From: the human T2T-CHM13v2.0 reference genome, Homo sapiens
Direction: 5' to 3' (one strand)
DNA length: 64,000 nt
Assembly: GCF_009914755.1 (NCBI RefSeq)
Contig: NC_060925.1
How positions within the stretch are numbered: the stretch's first letter is position 1; every line of letters begins with the position of its first letter. Below the pieces are notes generated by a model. It searched no databases. It saw only the letters and a list, made by a program, of their open reading frames with translations, and was not told the DNA's origin. The position numbers and the translations under genes are program-made. Below, piece by piece: positions 58,691 to 64,000 of the stretch.

Positions 58691-58724
58691 GTAAGTCCTA
58701 GGGCCCCTCAAGGGCGATGGCTGG
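58657..58724 (-). ncRNA. MIR4253: Annotated microRNA precursor mir-4253, antisense to the exon 4/intron 4 junction (low-confidence miRNA)
   Basis: The reverse complement of 58667-58684 is AGGGCAUGUCCAGGGGGU, matching my recollection of mature hsa-miR-4253 within a 68-nt precursor. The stem is short and imperfect. Confidence 0.75.
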
Positions 58725-59264
58725 CCGAGTCCCAGGTCTACCTGCAGAAAAGCTCAGAGTGAGGATTGGGTGCCGTCCGGTTACAGCCAGTCTTTCCCTG
58801 GTGGGAAGAGAAATGGAAAAGTGCTCAAGAAAGGGGCATCCTGGGGTGGCCATGCTCCCACCTTGCAGACACCACAGTGCTGGCATCTGGCTCCTTACCC
58901 CCTTCTGCTGAGTCACATGGAAGATAAAGTCAAGGTCTGGATTCACAAAGGGACAGGGGATGGGAGGCTTGGCAGGAGATGAAGCAACACAGGTAGTATA
59001 TGTGGCAGAAAAGGCTGCCCAGTGTTCTAACCTGGCAGCAGCTGCCTGAATCACAGCCCAAGGTCCTCTAGGAAGGCACTGCCTGAGAACGCAGCGTCAC
59101 AACCCCTGTATCTGTCAGGGATGGCATTCAGCTGTAAGTAACAGAGCTGAGCCCTATGGCTGAAACTGTACGGATTTATTCTCTCACCCAAAAGGAGCCC
59201 AAGGTAGACAGTCCTGGGACAGTATGGGCAATCCACGATGGCCTTTGGGGCCTGGCTCTTTCTG

Positions 59265-59520
59265 CCATTCAGAATGGCATAATCCTAGCTCACTGCAGCC
59301 TCAACCTCCTGGGCTCAGGTGCCCTCAGCCTTCTGCCCTCAGCCTCCTGAATACCTGGGATTACAGGCGTGCACCACCACACCCAGCTAATTTTTCTAAT
59401 TTTTTGTAGAGACAGGGTCTCGCTATGTTGCCAAGGCTAGATTTGAACTCCCGGGCTCAAGGAATCTTCCCGCATCCTCCCAAAGTGCTGGATTACAGGC
59501 ATGAGCCACCACGCCCAACC
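59265..59520 (-). mobile_element. Alu (J-like), partial
   Basis: Reverse Alu lacking its tail end. Confidence 0.9.
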
Positions 59521-59532
59521 TAGTTTCTGTTC

Positions 59533-59820
59533 TTTTTTTTTTTGAGATGGAGTTTCACTCTGTCGCCCAGGCTCTGGAATGCAATGGCATCATGATCTCA
59601 GCTCATGGCAACTTCCACCTCCCGGGTTCAAGTGATTCTCCCACCTCAGCCTCCCGAGTAACTGGGATTACAGGCATCCGCCATCATGCCCGGCTAATTT
59701 TTTGTATTTTTAGTAGAGACGGGGTTTCCTATGTTGGCCAGGCTGGTCTTGAACTCCTGACCTCAGGTGATCCGCCTGCCTCGGCCTCCCAAAGTGCTGG
59801 GATTACAGGTGTTAGCCACT
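59533..59820 (-). mobile_element. Alu (S-like)
   Basis: Reverse dimer; TSD gtttctgttctt. Confidence 0.96.
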
Positions 59821-60361
59821 GTTGTTTCTGTTCTTAACGTCACTTCATAGTCCAGCATAGCTGCTGAAGTCCCAGCCATCACCCACATTTTAGGCAGCAG
59901 AAGCAGGGAAAGGACAAAGGGACACGCCATAGCTGTCTGTCTCTTTTTAAAGAAACAGCCCTAGTCAACAACTTCTGCTCTATATCAGTGGCAAGCACTT
60001 AAACACAGGAGGCTGGGAAATGCCATCTTTTAGCTGGACATATTGCCACCATGAATAAAGCTGGGCTGTTCTAAGGAAGAAGGAGAAAATAGATACTGGG
60101 CAGGTATAATTCCAAACGCAAAAATACTATCCTCAGTAACAAACACTGAGCAGTTTGTAAGCTGGGAGGAGAGAAAGGTTTGGGCAGATGTACAGCAGGC
60201 TAACTTGTATTCTAGAAACATTTCTCTGGTGGGGAGACAGGACAAAGAATTTAAGGAAGTCCTTTCAGAGGGGCTGAGCCAGAGCAGCGGGCACAGAGTG
60301 GTCACATGGGGAATAGTACCCCCTGAGCCCCCCACTGACCAACACCTCTCCCCCGCCCCAG

Positions 60362-60697
60362 CCATCCCCTCCGCGCCCCAGGCTGTGATTTCCAGTGTCA
60401 ATGAGACCTCCCTCATGCTGGAGTGGACCCCTCCCCGCGACTCCGGAGGCCGAGAGGACCTCGTCTACAACATCATCTGCAAGAGCTGTGGCTCGGGCCG
60501 GGGTGCCTGCACCCGCTGCGGGGACAATGTACAGTACGCACCACGCCAGCTAGGCCTGACCGAGCCACGCATTTACATCAGTGACCTGCTGGCCCACACC
60601 CAGTACACCTTCGAGATCCAGGCTGTGAACGGCGTTACTGACCAGAGCCCCTTCTCGCCTCAGTTCGCCTCTGTGAACATCACCACCAACCAGGCAG
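60362..60697 (+). CDS. EPHB2: EPHB2 coding exon 5 (336 nt, phase 1-1), fibronectin type III domain 1
   Basis: Translates IPSAPQAVISSVNETSLMLEWTPPRDSGGREDLVYNIICKSCGSGRGACTRCGDNVQYAPRQLGLTEPRIYISDLLAHTQYTFEIQAVNGVTDQSPFSPQFASVNITTNQA, an Eph FN3 repeat with the conserved W/Y residues. Donor CAG|GTAAGT at 60698. Confidence 0.98.
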
Positions 60698-60904
60698 GTA
60701 AGTGCTTCCGACGTGGGCCAGGGGAGTGCCCCATCGCGCTGTGCCAGGGAGGGTCCTGCAGTCCTCACAAAAGACTCCTTCACATCTATGGAGTGATTTC
60801 TTCTTTTCAAAGGCTTTTCATGTGATCGGTCCACCTGGGAGAGTAAGTGCTACCTCTTCATTGTAGTGGTATTAATAACAATTGCTCCCATTTGTTGAGT
60901 GCAT

Positions 60905-61285
60905 ATTATTGAAGGTAAAAGTTAAGCTGCTGTAACAAAAAGATCCAACATTAGGTGACTTAAAGGAGTGGAATGTATTTCTCTCTCATGGGAGAATCCA
61001 GAGGTGAGCAGTCCACGTCAGCGTGGTGACTCTGATCCACTCAGAGACTCAGGGACCCAGGTTATTTCCGTGTCGTTTCCCCACGTCCCCTGCTCCTTGT
61101 CTGTATGATTCAAGCTGAGTCTCAGGCATGTCTGTGCGAAGAGAGGGAAGACAGGGCAGCAATGATGTTTGAAGCAAGGTAGGTAGAGGCAGCATCTTTC
61201 TCTTTTGCATGCATTCCACGGGCAGGGCCTCAGTCACGTGGCCTCACTGAGACCCAGGAGAGCCCAGAGATGTCATCTCTTGCAG
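60905..61285. mobile_element. MLT1-type LTR fragment
   Basis: taagctgctgtaacaaa...tgacttaaa...tatttctctctcatg...cagggacccagg...cagtcacgtggcc. Confidence 0.55.
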
Positions 61286-61922
61286 CCTAACTTGTACCTC
61301 CATCACAAGTGCTTTCTGTGAAGTTCAGCCCACTCCAGTCTTAACTCCAGCAAAACTCTCCTCAAGCTCACCTTTAGTAACCTTTTCTGTGGCCTCACGT
61401 CATCCTCCACCCCCCACCCTTCTTTCCTTCACGGCAAAAAAGGAAGTTGCCGGCCACCACAGTCTCCCCTCCACCCTGTTCTCTCTCTAGTCCCCACTCC
61501 ACTTGGGCTCCTAGCCTCCCCTCTCTACCAGGACCACTGTCCTCAGTGTCATAGGAGGCTAAGTCCTAGAGATGCTTCCCAGCCTCATCCCCCCACCTGA
61601 GGGCCACATGAGATTATCGAGGACATTATGCTATCTGTGGGTAGAAGATCTCATGGTTGGCACTGTGAGTGTGCCCCTCAGTTATTCACTCAGCAACCTT
61701 TGCCAAACCCCTACAGTAAGCATGGTCAGGGCCATGTCCATGGAAGAGCTAAGGGAGGCCAGGCTGCAAGAGGGAAAGTGACTGGGCTCCCGAGCTGATC
61801 TTTCTGATGTAGGGTGGGGCCCACATGGTAAGCATGCAGGGATCCAGTTGTGGAAGTCCAGGCCCAGGAAGTCTTCCTGGAGGAGGTGGAATTTGACTTG
61901 CAGTTTGAAGGACCAGTCGAAA

Positions 61923-62598
<676 letters not shown>

Positions 62599-63004
62599 CT
62601 AGGTCTGACAGACTCCAGTTCTTGGGCGAAGTCCTTGATGTGTCCACGGCACCTTGAGCTTGACTATGGGTCTGATTGCGCATGTAAGTCTGTGTATTTG
62701 TGAGTGTGCTGTCATATGTGTTTGGTGAACATGTGTTTACAACGCATATGACTGTGGCCATGTGGGTTCTGTATACATGCATTTGTGAGCATGGATGTAT
62801 CAACCTGCAGGGCCTTGGGGACAGGGGTAGGGGATATTGTGTATTTGAGCATGAGTTTGTACATCCAAATGTGGCTCTGCCTGTCTGTGTGTTTGTGTCT
62901 GAGGAGTGTGGTTTTGTTTGGGAATGTTGGTGGTGTTGCTGTGGCTGAGAGGGTATGTTTGTGACTGACTGCCTATAGTTCTTTTGGGGCCCTGGGTGGA
63001 TTTA

Positions 63005-63376
<372 letters not shown>

Positions 63377-63874
63377 TCAACAAGTGATAGAAAAGACCCC
63401 TAACAGATTAGAAAACCTCAGCTGTGCGTCTCTCTGGCTTGACAAAGCTCTGAGCTGGAGAAACCCAGGCCCCCAAAGGGGGTGGTGGAGAGGGAACTCT
63501 TTCTAACTGGTAGAAGCCAGAAGGAAGCTCCTGGAGCCCTTTCCCTGGTTGCGGGGAACTCTCCTACATCCATTTGGGAGCTCTGCAGGTGGAACTGCCT
63601 ACTCAAGACGCCTCAGCTTATTTGTAGCTAGGAGTGGTTCTGGGCTGCTGGGATGGACCCTGCTGTCTGGAGCTGGATGTACCCAGGAGTAGAGATGGGG
63701 CGGAGTATGGACGTGAGGGGTTTCCGGGGAATAGGCACACAGGGAGAGCCCTCAGGATCGAAAGACAGAGAAGCAATGAGAAACAAGCACTGGATTAGGA
63801 GCAGAGACCGAGGCTTGGCTTTGCCGTTCATTTGCTGCATGACATTAGCAAATGAACGGCATTCATTTAGTCAG

Positions 63875-64000
63875 TGTATGAGTCAGCTACTCCTGCAATA
63901 ATGCTGCATAACAAAATCACCCCACAACTCAGTAGTTTAAACAATAAATATTTATTTTCTCACTCACTAGTGTGTGGGTCAGCTAGGGTTTGACTAATCT
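63875..64000. mobile_element. MLT1-type LTR, truncated by the window end
   Basis: tgtatgagtcagcta...gcaataatgctgcataacaaaatcacccca.aactcagtagtttaaacaataaatatttatt. Confidence 0.65.

Larger units (their letters stand above)
59105..60105. mobile_element. MLT1-type LTR in intron 4, split by two Alus
   Basis: tgtatctgtcagggatggcattcagctgtaagtaacaga ... cccagccatcacccacattttaggcagcagaag...ggaggctgggaaatg...tttagctgg...aaggagaaaatagatactggg. Confidence 0.6.
58691..60361 (+). other. EPHB2: EPHB2 intron 4 (1671 nt, GT-AG)
   Basis: GTAAGT...ccccAG. Branch point CTGAC at 60335-60339. Joining the exons keeps frame (A|CC = Thr). Confidence 0.95.

Noticed and set aside
60205-60825. 206-aa ORF as a stand-alone gene
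   Set aside because: It is exon 5 plus open intronic flanks; only 60362-60697 resembles EphB2 and it is bounded by canonical splice sites.

Overview
Human (primate) genomic DNA lying entirely inside EPHB2 (ephrin type-B receptor 2, chr1p36) on the + strand. The first 58.5 kb are the 3' part of the long intron 3. Two coding exons follow: exon 4 (58535-58690, 156 nt, Cys-rich/EGF-like region) and exon 5 (60362-60697, 336 nt, first fibronectin type III domain). Exon numbering is from my recollection of the gene model. The annotated but weakly supported MIR4253 hairpin lies antisense across the exon 4 donor. The rest is typical GC-rich intronic DNA: about 24 Alu/FLAM elements, many MIR and L2 relics, L1 and L3 fragments, MLT1 LTRs, MER58A, MER63A and microsatellites. 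Almost all ORFs in the track are spurious. I see no evidence of a new multi-gene system. The best leads are: (i) an Alu orientation pattern that could circularise the phase-symmetric exons 4/5 into stop-free circles; (ii) several repeat-free, motif-dense enhancer candidates (homeodomain; TCF/CDX/FOX/SOX/GATA); (iii) a candidate recursive splice site; (iv) local duplications and fold-backs that look like template-switch scars. Repeat boundaries are approximate and subfamily calls were made by eye.
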